Positions 27,384-36,193 of a stretch of 64,000 nt of DNA are shown piece by piece (position 1 is the stretch's first letter; each line of letters opens with the position of its first letter). Where the stretch lies: NCBI GenBank assembly GCA_965208735.1, contig CBDBPM010000002.1:2985961-3049960 (forward strand). Direction: 5' to 3'. Position numbers and translations under genes: made by a program. This DNA comes from Candidatus Poribacteria bacterium. Its GTDB lineage: Bacteria > Poribacteria > WGA-4E > WGA-3G. Below the pieces are notes generated by a model. It saw only the letters and a list, made by a program, of their open reading frames with translations. It was not told where the DNA came from and did not search any database.

Positions 27384-28175
27384 TTACATGGCAACGATTT
27401 TACGCATCCGTTTCGCAAGGTCAATCTGGGCTGCCCTGTCACCACCGACTTCGTGAATGACGTAGCCATCGTAACCGATGGACCGGAACCCTTCCATGAC
27501 TGCTTTCCAGTCTGTATCACCATCTAAGAGGTTAACGAACTGATGTGCGCCGCGGGCGAAATCTTTGAAATGTACCCGTTTAATACGGTGTCCGAGTTCA
27601 CGGATCCAGTGTTCCGGGTAGCCGTAAGCCATCATGTTCGCCGTATCAAGATAGGTGCCGACCCACTCGCTATCTATCTCATCTACAATATCGCGCATCT
27701 CTTTAGGGCTGAGCAGGAATTTGTTCCAAACGTTTTCGAGTCCGATAGCAACCTTGTGTGTTTCTGCAGAAGGTGCTAAGTCTTTCAGGATACCGACGAG
27801 GTTATCCCAAACTTCTTGATATGTCCCCTCAGCAGTGAGTTGACCGGGGTGCAATAGAATCCCTCCAACACCAAGTGCGCCCGCGACTTCCAGGCCACGA
27901 GCGAGAGAGACCGCCCCTTTTTCGCGCTGCGTTGCATCCAAACTTAAGAGGTTACCACGGTCAACGTAACCTGCTGTAATACTGCCAATTTCGATACCTG
28001 CTGCTGCACACTTCGCTGCGATGCCTCCGAGTTCCGCATCGCTCATATTGATGTCCGTATCTTTTCCTTCACCGAAAGTGAGTTCAACGGCATCGTATCC
28101 AGCATCTTGGCAGAGGGAGAGCGTATCGTCTAACGACATGCCTCCAAGTATAATTTGGGTAACACCTATTTTCAT
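27384..28175 (-). CDS. Sugar phosphate isomerase/epimerase (xylose-isomerase-like TIM barrel)
   Basis: 263 aa with AP-endonuclease-2 / XylA-like TIM-barrel features (...GYDAVEL..., ...HPG..., metal-binding E/D/H pattern). Confidence 0.65.
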   Translation of the reverse strand: MKIGVTQIILGGMSLDDTLSLCQDAGYDAVELTFGEGKDTDINMSDAELGGIAAKCAAAGIEIGSITAGYVDRGNLLSLDATQREKGAVSLARGLEVAGALGVGGILLHPGQLTAEGTYQEVWDNLVGILKDLAPSAETHKVAIGLENVWNKFLLSPKEMRDIVDEIDSEWVGTYLDTANMMAYGYPEHWIRELGHRIKRVHFKDFARGAHQFVNLLDGDTDWKAVMEGFRSIGYDGYVIHEVGGDRAAQIDLAKRMRKIVAM

Positions 28176-28420
28176 TTCTTTTCCTTTTCGCTATGAAACT
28201 GTGTAGCAGTTAGAGATTGTATACAGAGGTGCCGGGTTTCGAGGCATTGCGGACACCGAATCGCGACATAATACGCATCGTTGAACACGGCATCTATCCA
28301 GTTGTGCGATTGTTCTTCCGGCGGGCTGCCCAAAAACTGGTCAAGTACCTCGTATGCTCTATCACAATCTGGACAGATTTGCAAGTCGTGTCCGATGTCA
28401 GTCTGGTCGAGCCATCGCAT
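28172..28420 (-). CDS. Small zinc-ribbon protein (CxxC...CxxC), 82 aa
   Basis: CPDC and CPQC pairs. ATGA overlap with the downstream gene and a 9-bp gap to hflX suggest an operon. Confidence 0.4.
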   Translation of the reverse strand: MRWLDQTDIGHDLQICPDCDRAYEVLDQFLGSPPEEQSHNWIDAVFNDAYYVAIRCPQCLETRHLCIQSLTATQFHSEKEKK

Positions 28421-28429
28421 CTTTAACCT

Positions 28430-29728
28430 CTATCCTTCAGAAGAGACCAAAAATTCGGAGACCGATTTGAGGTAGCGGTTCGGCAGGCGTGCCTCGACGT
28501 GAATGGCTTCATCTGCGTATTCGGTATTAAGCACGGTGCCGTGTTTATAGAGTAAATCGAGCGTTTTTCCGTCTGTATATGGAATACTGAAAGAGAGGTT
28601 CGTACCGAGTTTAGCAAACCGCGTTGCCAGTGCATCCATTAATGTCTCAACGCCGTCACCGCGTTGCGCGGAGATTAGAAACGCACCTGGATGCTGGCAC
28701 TGTAGGAGGTGTAGGTCGTCCTCTGTTTTAAGCCGGTCAATTTTATTGAAAACTATAAACGTTGGAATCTCCGTCGCGTCCAATTCGTTAAGGACTTCGT
28801 TTACGGCGGCTATCTGTGCTTCTGCCTCTGGATGACTCACATCAATAACGTGAAGTAGAAGGTCGGCTTCCGTTACCTCTTCGAGCGTCGCCTTGAATGC
28901 TGCTACTAACTGGTGGGGCAGTTTCTTGATGAATCCGACGGTGTCGCTTAGGAGAATCTGCTGCTTTTGTGGCAAATTCACTTTCCGTGTGGTTGAATCT
29001 AAGGTTGCGAATAGTTTATCTTCAACCAAGACACTCTCACCTGTCAAACGATTGAAGAGTGTCGATTTCCCGGCATTGGTATACCCAACGAGAGACACTT
29101 TGACTTTTTCGGAGCGGTTTCTCCGTTGGACAGTGCGTTGTTTTTCAACCGCTTGCAGTGCTTTTCTGACCTGTCCAATGTTCCTACGTACCCAGCGTCT
29201 GTCCATTTCAAGCTGTGTTTCACCGGGACCCCGGAGGTGCCTACCACCACCACCGCCTGTCGCAAGTCGCGAAAGGTGTGTCCACATCCGTGTGAGGCGT
29301 GGCAGCGCATATTCGAGCTGTGCCAATGCTACCTGTAACCGTGCTTCTTTGGTAAGTGCCCGTTGTGCGAACACCTGAAGGATAAGTCCTGTTCGGTCAA
29401 TTGCAGCGATGTCAAATGCCTGCTCAAGATTACGTGTCTGCGCCGGTGACAGTTCTTCGTCAAAGATGATTGCGTCCGCGTCGAGTTCTTCAATCAGTGG
29501 TTTGAGTTCTTCAACCTTTCCTTCGCCGATGAAGTAGGTCGGGTTTGGCGCGTTACGGGCTTGAATCGTTTCACAGACGACTTTAATCCCAGCAGTCTCT
29601 GTGAGTTGCTGGAGTTCTTGTAGTGACTCTTCTGTTTCGTCCATCATCACATTTCGTAGTTTTACACCTACTAAGATGGCACGTGAAGGCGGATTCGGTG
29701 CACGCGTATCGTAAAGTTCTGGCATCAA
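28430..29728 (-). CDS. hflX: GTPase HflX
   Basis: HflX N-domain followed by a G-domain: G1 GYTNAGKST, G3 DTVGF, G4 NKID. Confidence 0.85.
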   Translation of the reverse strand: MMPELYDTRAPNPPSRAILVGVKLRNVMMDETEESLQELQQLTETAGIKVVCETIQARNAPNPTYFIGEGKVEELKPLIEELDADAIIFDEELSPAQTRNLEQAFDIAAIDRTGLILQVFAQRALTKEARLQVALAQLEYALPRLTRMWTHLSRLATGGGGGRHLRGPGETQLEMDRRWVRRNIGQVRKALQAVEKQRTVQRRNRSEKVKVSLVGYTNAGKSTLFNRLTGESVLVEDKLFATLDSTTRKVNLPQKQQILLSDTVGFIKKLPHQLVAAFKATLEEVTEADLLLHVIDVSHPEAEAQIAAVNEVLNELDATEIPTFIVFNKIDRLKTEDDLHLLQCQHPGAFLISAQRGDGVETLMDALATRFAKLGTNLSFSIPYTDGKTLDLLYKHGTVLNTEYADEAIHVEARLPNRYLKSVSEFLVSSEG

Positions 29729-30074
29729 GAGACCCCTTTCTCAGTTTTGAAGCGCAATCGAAGCACCGTGCTTTGGCACTTCCAACAACGCGGTATCTAT
29801 CGTATAGTTTATCATATCTACTTTCAGTTTTCAACTAAAATCCCGTTTTAAGAAAAAACTTCAAATTTTCAGCGGGTACATCGGGTACATTAGAATTAAG
29901 TAATGTAAATCAACCTTATCAAATTCTTCGGTGTCAAAACCCCCTTGCTTTAGTTGGGGGATGTAGACACCGCCCTATTGAATTAGACCAAGGATCTATA
30001 TTGAAAAAAGGTTTGAAATTCTAACATTTTTGTGGTATAATATATGTATAATCTAACACAAAAAAGGTTTTAGA

Positions 30075-30488
30075 ATGAAATTAGAAACACCTATTTTAAC
30101 ATATCAAACGACGCGGTCTGCTACATACGCCTGTGAGTACCATATCATCTGGTGTACAAAATACAGAAGAAGTGTCTTGTCTTCTGAAATTCAACAACGA
30201 TTCAAAGAACTTGTAATAGAATCAGAAGAAAAACACGGATTTAAGGTTCGTGCTTTAGAGACAATGACAGACCACATACATTTGTTGATTAGCATTCCTC
30301 CAACTCAAGCCGTTGGTGTAATGATTGGCAAACTCAAAGGAATGACGGCTAAAGTTCTTCGTGAGGAGTTTCCGCACCTAAAATCAAGACTGCCGAACTT
30401 ATGGACACGTTGCTATTTTGTAGCGTCTACAGGGGGTGTAACACTACAAGTTCTAAAACAATATGTAGAAAACCAGAAAGGTGTCTAA
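30075..30488 (+). CDS. tnpA: IS200/IS605 Y1 (HUH) transposase TnpA
   Basis: 137 aa. HUH motif HIHLLISIPP and a conserved catalytic Tyr region. Confidence 0.85.
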   Translation: MKLETPILTYQTTRSATYACEYHIIWCTKYRRSVLSSEIQQRFKELVIESEEKHGFKVRALETMTDHIHLLISIPPTQAVGVMIGKLKGMTAKVLREEFPHLKSRLPNLWTRCYFVASTGGVTLQVLKQYVENQKGV

Positions 30489-31727
30489 ATGCCAAGTTTC
30501 TACCGCACCCAAACACTGAAAATAGAAGCACAACCGATATTCTCTGAAGCTCATGCTGCGTCTGCTGTTGTTTGGAACGACTGTTGCGATCAAATGAATA
30601 TGTACCAATGGCACCGTGGGTATTCTCATGCTCACAGAGACTTCTATTTCGGTAAAGACTGCGAAGACTGGATAGACCGAAAACTATCTAATCCACTCTT
30701 GCACTCACAGAGTAGGCAAGCGGTTCGGGAGCGTTACTTCAAGTCTTGGTTGTCCTACTCTGCTCTGAAAAAATCTGGTGGCGTTAGAAAGCCGAAACCT
30801 CCTAACAAACGAAAAAACTATATGACGACACGTTGGAAAAAGTCTGCCATTCGTTTAGTAGAAGGTAGGCTCTTTGGTAAACGCGTTGAACTTTCTATGG
30901 CACAGGGTCAACCGAAAATAGAGATACCTTTGCCCAACAACTTTGATATGTCTAAAGCAGAACATATCGCAACGATTGATTTGTGCTATAACTACGGACA
31001 ATGGACACTCCATTTTTCGTATTTGTATCACACCGAAACACCTGAAACAGGTAAAGAAGTTGTAGGCGTTGATATAGGCGAAATACACCCGATTGTCTCT
31101 CACGACGGTCAAGACACACATATCTACAATGGACGGTATATCCGCTCACTATACCGCTATAGAAATAAAGTGCTTGCCGAGTTCAGTCAGACGATCAGTC
31201 GTTGTAAACGCCATTCTAAACGCTGGTGGAGACTCACACGTCGGAAGTGGAAGCGTATTAGAAAGATTGATAACCAAATCAAAGACGCCCTCCACAAACA
31301 GACCACTAAATTCGTCAAATACTGCCAAGCGAAAGGTATTGGCACAATTGTGCTTGGAGACCTTACAGGTATCCGAAACACCATAGACTACAGCAAAAAG
31401 ACGAACCAGAAACTCCACCAATGGGCTTTCGGCAAGATTGCGGAGTTGATAACCTATAAAGCAAAAGCGTTAGGTATCAAAGTCAAAGTCATTGACGAAT
31501 CCTATACCTCTCAAACGTGCCCGAAATGTTGCAACCGAAAGAAACCTAACAACCGAAACTATACCTGCAAATGTGGTTTCAAGTATCATCGCGATGGTGT
31601 CGGTGCGATCAATATCAGAGAAAAGTATCTGGGTCACTTCGGTGTCCCCGTAGTGGCGGAAATGGGTTCTACCCGCATGACACCGCCCTTGGGCTTTCGC
31701 TTGGAAGTCCCTGTTGCCTCGTCTTAG
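30489..31727 (+). CDS. tnpB: TnpB (OrfB-family RNA-guided nuclease homologue; RuvC-like domain plus C-terminal zinc finger)
   Basis: 412 aa. RuvC-like ...IGTIVLGDLTGIRN..., and zinc finger CPKCCNRKKPNNRNYTCKCGFKYHRDGVGAINI. Confidence 0.85.
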   Translation: MPSFYRTQTLKIEAQPIFSEAHAASAVVWNDCCDQMNMYQWHRGYSHAHRDFYFGKDCEDWIDRKLSNPLLHSQSRQAVRERYFKSWLSYSALKKSGGVRKPKPPNKRKNYMTTRWKKSAIRLVEGRLFGKRVELSMAQGQPKIEIPLPNNFDMSKAEHIATIDLCYNYGQWTLHFSYLYHTETPETGKEVVGVDIGEIHPIVSHDGQDTHIYNGRYIRSLYRYRNKVLAEFSQTISRCKRHSKRWWRLTRRKWKRIRKIDNQIKDALHKQTTKFVKYCQAKGIGTIVLGDLTGIRNTIDYSKKTNQKLHQWAFGKIAELITYKAKALGIKVKVIDESYTSQTCPKCCNRKKPNNRNYTCKCGFKYHRDGVGAINIREKYLGHFGVPVVAEMGSTRMTPPLGFRLEVPVASS

Positions 31728-31951
31728 ACACGAGGAATGTTCCTAAAAGGAACAAAAGGATCACCCTTGCTTTAGCTGGGTGAGTATGTCAATGGGTTAA
31801 TTGTCGTTAATAAAAAAGAACGCGAATCAAGGTTCAAACATCAATGTGTTTAGGAGACCTCGTCTACTGAGTGCTGAGCGCTGAGAACTGAAAAATTCTG
31901 TGCCGTTTTTTCTTGCATGTACGTTAATTCTATGGTATACTTAAAATCACT

Positions 31952-32410
31952 ATGAAAGGTGCTAAAGATTCTACAAACCCAACGATTACCATCAATCGGA
32001 AAGCGCGGTATGACTATCACTTACGTGACCGGTATGAAGCGGGTGTCGTTTTGCAAGGCACTGAAGTGAAGGCGATTCGCGCAGGACGGCTTAACCTGAC
32101 AGATAGTTATGCACAAGTCGCAGGCGGTGAAGTGTTCCTGATTGATGCGCACATCGGTCCGTATGAACACGGGAATATTGCCAATCACGAACCGAAACGC
32201 AAACGCAAACTCCTGCTAAATCGTCGAGAGATCACGAAACTTGAACGTTCAATCCGTTCAAAAGGGATGACAATCGTTCCGACGCGCGCGTATTTCAGCA
32301 ACGGCAGGGTGAAGTTGGAATTGGCTGTTGCGATGGGTAAACAACTTCACGATAAACGCGATAAGATTGAGCGTAAAGCGAGTGCCGATGAGTTGCGAGC
32401 GTATAACTAA
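31952..32410 (+). CDS. smpB: SsrA-binding protein SmpB
   Basis: ...ITINRKARYDYHLRDRYEAGVVLQGTEVKAIR... and a C-terminal basic tail. Confidence 0.85.
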   Translation: MKGAKDSTNPTITINRKARYDYHLRDRYEAGVVLQGTEVKAIRAGRLNLTDSYAQVAGGEVFLIDAHIGPYEHGNIANHEPKRKRKLLLNRREITKLERSIRSKGMTIVPTRAYFSNGRVKLELAVAMGKQLHDKRDKIERKASADELRAYN

Positions 32411-32441
32411 CAGCCGTTTGTAATCGTACACCTTACAATAT

Positions 32442-32792
32442 GGGGGTGTCCAGGTTTCGACGAAGGTAAATGAGATATAGGTTGCATGCCGAGGTCTCCG
32501 CAGGCCTCGTTAAATAGGCGGAACACTTATAATTGCTGATGAAGAATTAGCACTAGCTGCTTAAACGCGGCTACGCTTGACCGACCTGCTGCCCGTCAGG
32601 GAAGTTAAAGCGCCATAATACGGGCTAGCCGCTCGCTCTTTCTCAAGGCGCGTGCCGCGAACCACTTTTGAGATAGCCTATTATGAATCCTGCACAGGGG
32701 AGGCTTATAGGCGAATCTTAAAACCTGTGATAAGCATGTAGTAGCCTCTGTTGAAATGCCTTCGGACGCGGGTTCGATTCCCGCCACCTCCA
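32442..32792 (+). ncRNA. ssrA: Transfer-messenger RNA (tmRNA, SsrA); predicted tag reading frame 32520-32564 encoding GTLIIADEELALAA
   Basis: 5' GGGGGUGUCCAGGUUUCGACG. 3' T-arm GCGGGUUCGAUUCCCGC and acceptor CACCUCCA pairing with the 5' end. Internal ORF ends ...ALAA-stop. Directly downstream of smpB. Confidence 0.85.
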
Positions 32793-32889
32793 TTCCACAA
32801 CTGATACTCTTCTTGCCAGCGAAAGTCATCCGATCACTATCATCGTGATGGGATACTTTCGCAGACGATAGATTTGGTCGCGATATAAC

Positions 32890-33270
32890 ATGGCTGAATT
32901 TACCAACATGCCACCTCGTATCCAAAAGACTGTGCAAGCGCAGATAGGCGAGGATGAAGATGTCTGTTTGTGTATCCTCGGGCGTTCAGATTTGCTGCGT
33001 CCGGATTTCGTTTTTATCACGACGCGGCGGGTGCTGGTTTTAGATGAGCGGTATATAGGCAGCCTCGCCGTTTCTTATGCGAATATCCGGTGTAACCTCT
33101 TATTCACAGAGATTTTTGATGTGAAATTGGTCCGCCAGTTCAAGCATCGGCTTCTCAACCAAGCGAGATTGGAAATTAGCGTCCTGCGTAATGTCCACTG
33201 GATCGATAATATCAACTTCCGTTCAGCACGATGTGCCTACATCTACATTACGGATCAGATTGCCAAGTAG
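32890..33270 (+). CDS. Hypothetical protein, possibly a bacterial PH-like domain protein
   Basis: 126-aa ORF. The hydrophobic/charged pattern ...DFVFITTRRVLVLDERYIG... resembles bPH-type domains. The call is weak. Confidence 0.3.
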   Translation: MAEFTNMPPRIQKTVQAQIGEDEDVCLCILGRSDLLRPDFVFITTRRVLVLDERYIGSLAVSYANIRCNLLFTEIFDVKLVRQFKHRLLNQARLEISVLRNVHWIDNINFRSARCAYIYITDQIAK

Positions 33271-33279
33271 AAGGGAGCC

Positions 33280-33912
33280 ATGAGAGCAGTCCTGACATCC
33301 CTCGTAGTTTCGTATAATGTCTGGTTTACGGTACCATTGGCGATTGTGTGTCTACTCTTATGCTTTCGACTTGCTAAAGGTATAGTGCGGTTCAAGGACG
33401 AAAAAGCGGATGTAGGTGCGGATACCAAAACGCAGGGTCTATCTTTCGACAGCGTATTTAAGTTTCTTAATGCTGGCAGATTACCCTTGATCGTTGTCCT
33501 TATGTTGCTATTTGCGACATGGGGGATTACTGGACTTTTTTTTAACGGACTGCTGAATGTACCAGAGAAGCCAGAGCGAATTTGGATATCGTGTGCTACT
33601 GCACTTTGTTGTTGTTTCTTCGGTACGCGTTATATCTCTATCGTGCTTTTGAAACTGTTTCCGCGGCGTGAGAAAGTGATCAGTGATGTCCAGCTACTCG
33701 GTTTAAGTGGGCGCGTCATTAGCGGACAGATTACGACTACTTTTGGCACCGCGCGGCTGCGATTACCAAATGGACCGGAGTTAACCGTCAGCTGCCGCGC
33801 CAAATCCGATGAAGTCACCCCTGTCAAGGGAGATACTGTGATTCTCATAGACTATGACGAGACCAAGCGGATCTTTGATGTGAGAAAAGCAGAGTTGAAG
33901 GATGCCGATTAA
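33280..33912 (+). CDS. NfeD-like membrane protein (N-terminal TM helices plus C-terminal OB-fold)
   Basis: Several TM helices, then an OB-like C-terminus ...VQLLGLSGRVISGQ...GDTVILIDYDETKRIFDVRKAE. Confidence 0.45.
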   Translation: MRAVLTSLVVSYNVWFTVPLAIVCLLLCFRLAKGIVRFKDEKADVGADTKTQGLSFDSVFKFLNAGRLPLIVVLMLLFATWGITGLFFNGLLNVPEKPERIWISCATALCCCFFGTRYISIVLLKLFPRREKVISDVQLLGLSGRVISGQITTTFGTARLRLPNGPELTVSCRAKSDEVTPVKGDTVILIDYDETKRIFDVRKAELKDAD

Positions 33913-34027
33913 TTGACATTTCTTGTGAGTGTAGAACGCGGCTATTTTCACTCTTAAACAAAACGCCGGCGCGAGGATAACCAACGGATGGTGCCTTAAA
34001 TGCTGGCGCGTAGGAAAGGATGCACAA

Positions 34028-34549
34028 ATGGATACTGAGAAACAGACGAAGACTGAAGTTAAAGTTCACTTCCTCTCAATCGATCGCGGGACAGGCGCAC
34101 CGATCGTGGTGCTGAAAGAGAAAGGGGACGATCTAAACCGGATACTGCTGATTTGGATCGGCGAATCGGAGGCGGCAGCTATTCAGATGCATTTAGAAAA
34201 TGTAGAACTCCCGCGCCCAATGACACACGATTTGCTGAAAAATATGATTGAGACGCTTGCGGCAAAGGTAATAGATGTATGTGTACACTCGGTTGAACAG
34301 CTGAATAATCGCTGGACGTTTTATGCGCATATCACTTTGGAAGTGGGTGACAACACCATTGAGGTGGATTGCCGTCCGAGTGACGCTATCGCACTTGCGT
34401 TGCGCTGCGAAGTGCCTATCTATATTGCCGAAGACGTGATTGCAGACCACGGATTCTCCGAACAAGAGCTGGAGAAGGGAGAGCAGCACGACCCGAAAGA
34501 TGTTTTAGAGAATTTAGATGACGACACACTAAAGCAGTATACGGTCTAA
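34028..34549 (+). CDS. Bifunctional nuclease (BFN/DUF151) domain protein
   Basis: ...PIVVLKEKGDDLNRILLIWIGESEAAAIQM...PRPMTHDLL...CRPSDAIALALR... matches the BFN family. Confidence 0.55.
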   Translation: MDTEKQTKTEVKVHFLSIDRGTGAPIVVLKEKGDDLNRILLIWIGESEAAAIQMHLENVELPRPMTHDLLKNMIETLAAKVIDVCVHSVEQLNNRWTFYAHITLEVGDNTIEVDCRPSDAIALALRCEVPIYIAEDVIADHGFSEQELEKGEQHDPKDVLENLDDDTLKQYTV

Positions 34550-34706
34550 TGTGAAATTGCAAACGTCCAGACTGTAACTCTATCCTGTAATGGAGAAAAA
34601 TAGGGCATGATCTCATCATTCATCTGGGATCTACTCAGTACATCTGCATGCTGGCACGGTATAACTGCGCTTGCCCTCGGGGCTATTCTGGGAACGCGTA
34701 AACACC

Positions 34707-35606
34707 ATGGGCAATTCCTGTAAAAAAAACTACCACCTCCTCCATGAAAATTGCACGACTGCTCTGGATAGCAACGACTTTCCTGCAAGCGTAGACCTCT
34801 CTTTTCTCGATCCACCTTTTAATCAGGATAAGGCTTACAAGGCTTGGAATGATAACATGCCGCCCGAGAAGTATTGGGAATGGATGCGCGAGATCTGCGC
34901 AAAGGTGTATGTATTGACTTCCGATGGCGGTGCGATTTATTTTATGCAACGCGAGAAGAACACCGAATTCGTTTTGCAATGCCTACGCGATACGGGGTGG
35001 ACTTTCCAAAATCTGATTATCTGGAAAAAGAAGACCTCGGCAGTGCCAGGGATGAAACGTTTCGGCAAGCATTATCAGGTTATTGCGTTTGCGACGAAAG
35101 GCAGAACACCGCGCGTTTTCCACCGTTTGCGCATTGACCCTCCGCTGCCAGCAGGCTACAAGCACGCGCGTGAAAACGGTATGTTTGTAACTGATGTCTG
35201 GGACGATATCCGTGAATTAACCTCCGGCTATTTCGCAGGCGATGAAGCGTTGCGCGATGCGGATGGTAACCGTTTACATAAGCAACAAGCACCTATCCAA
35301 CTCCTCCTTCGCATTATTCTCTCTTCGACAAATCCTGATGATGTTGTTTTGGATCCGTTCGCCGGTTCGGGGACAACGTTAGTTGTAGCAGAGCAATTAG
35401 GGCGAAAATCGGTCGGGATTGAACTCGATTCACAGAATGTTACGCTCATTGAAAACAGACTTGCTGAACGGAGAGAATCAGACGATGTCTCACGCTTTTT
35501 CAAGGATTATGCATGCACCTCGGACTTAAAATTGATTTTGGGAAATCATTACACTGACTTACTTGCCCAAATAATTCCTTTTGCATCCAATCAAAAATTT
35601 TCTTGA
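34707..35606 (+). CDS. Beta-class DNA methyltransferase (N6-adenine or N4-cytosine); apparently orphan
   Basis: Motif IV SFLDPPFN sits N-terminal to motif I LDPFAGSGTT, the beta-class order. No adjacent endonuclease gene is recognisable. Confidence 0.6.
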   Translation: MGNSCKKNYHLLHENCTTALDSNDFPASVDLSFLDPPFNQDKAYKAWNDNMPPEKYWEWMREICAKVYVLTSDGGAIYFMQREKNTEFVLQCLRDTGWTFQNLIIWKKKTSAVPGMKRFGKHYQVIAFATKGRTPRVFHRLRIDPPLPAGYKHARENGMFVTDVWDDIRELTSGYFAGDEALRDADGNRLHKQQAPIQLLLRIILSSTNPDDVVLDPFAGSGTTLVVAEQLGRKSVGIELDSQNVTLIENRLAERRESDDVSRFFKDYACTSDLKLILGNHYTDLLAQIIPFASNQKFS

Positions 35607-35835
35607 TTTGGTAGTGTCTTTTAAGTGTCATAATGAATGTGTCATCCATTTTAATTTATACTATAGTTTGGACAATATTTCAGACATAGCACTCCGCTGG
35701 AGTGCCGGAGGTTTGCTACGATTCGCTGCTACTCTCACTGCGAGGCAATATTGCTCCGCTGGAGCAAAGACAAGCCTAAGCCCGCTTACCGGATACCCTA
35801 AATATAGATACCGTAAGTGTCAATTTAGGGATCCT

Positions 35836-35871
35836 CCAGGCCCGGTAGGTTCGGTTTCCTAACCGAACCGG
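35836..35871. repeat. GGTAG-hairpin family member (ccaggcccggtagg ttcggtttcctaaccgaacc gg)
   Basis: Palindrome read in sequence. Near-identical copies, with compensatory stem changes, at 51398, 51442 and 62490. Confidence 0.7.
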
Positions 35872-36193
35872 ACTTATCCTAACCAGGTCCCCGGTTTCTT
35901 GTTTAGCGGAAGCCCTGTTTAGCAAACGCTGCATCTGAAGGTTTTCGCGGAGTATCCGATGCGGTTAGGAATGCAGATCGCAAATGTAAAGCAAAGACAA
36001 ATTTTGCCGCGTGTGGGCAAAATTTGGGTGAGTACACCGCGATGCACGTCGCATCTGGGCGAGTACGCCGCAAAAACCGCATCTACCGGCCTGGAATATT
36101 CAGCGCATAATTGCAAATCGGAATGAGTTTTGCGCTTCAATGGCGATACAATTTTTCGAGAATATTCAGAGATAATTAAAGGAGGTTTGCATT

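Larger units (their letters stand above)
29920..31800 (+). mobile_element. IS200/IS605-family insertion sequence (tnpA plus tnpB) with subterminal hairpins
   Basis: Left-end hairpin cccccttgctttagttggggg at 29940-29960. Right-end hairpin tcacccttgctttagctgggtga at 31761-31783; both share the loop TTGCTTTAG. Exact ends are approximate. Confidence 0.7.

Noticed and set aside
31912-31941. TTGCAT-17-TATACT promoter-like hexamers just upstream of smpB
   Set aside because: The -10 box ends only about 10 nt before the smpB ATG, leaving no room for a leader or SD, so I did not list it as a feature. It could still be a leaderless-type promoter or drive a later start.
32605-33020. Two minus-strand ORFs of 110 and 64 aa overlapping the region after smpB
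   Set aside because: They fall inside the tmRNA (ssrA) gene at 32442-32792; the RNA gene explains the sequence.
35581-35862. 93-aa + strand ORF downstream of the methyltransferase
   Set aside because: It sits in a repeat-rich intergenic tract (CCTAAAT hairpin and GGTAG hairpin) with no SD. The most likely explanation is a chance ORF across structured repeats.
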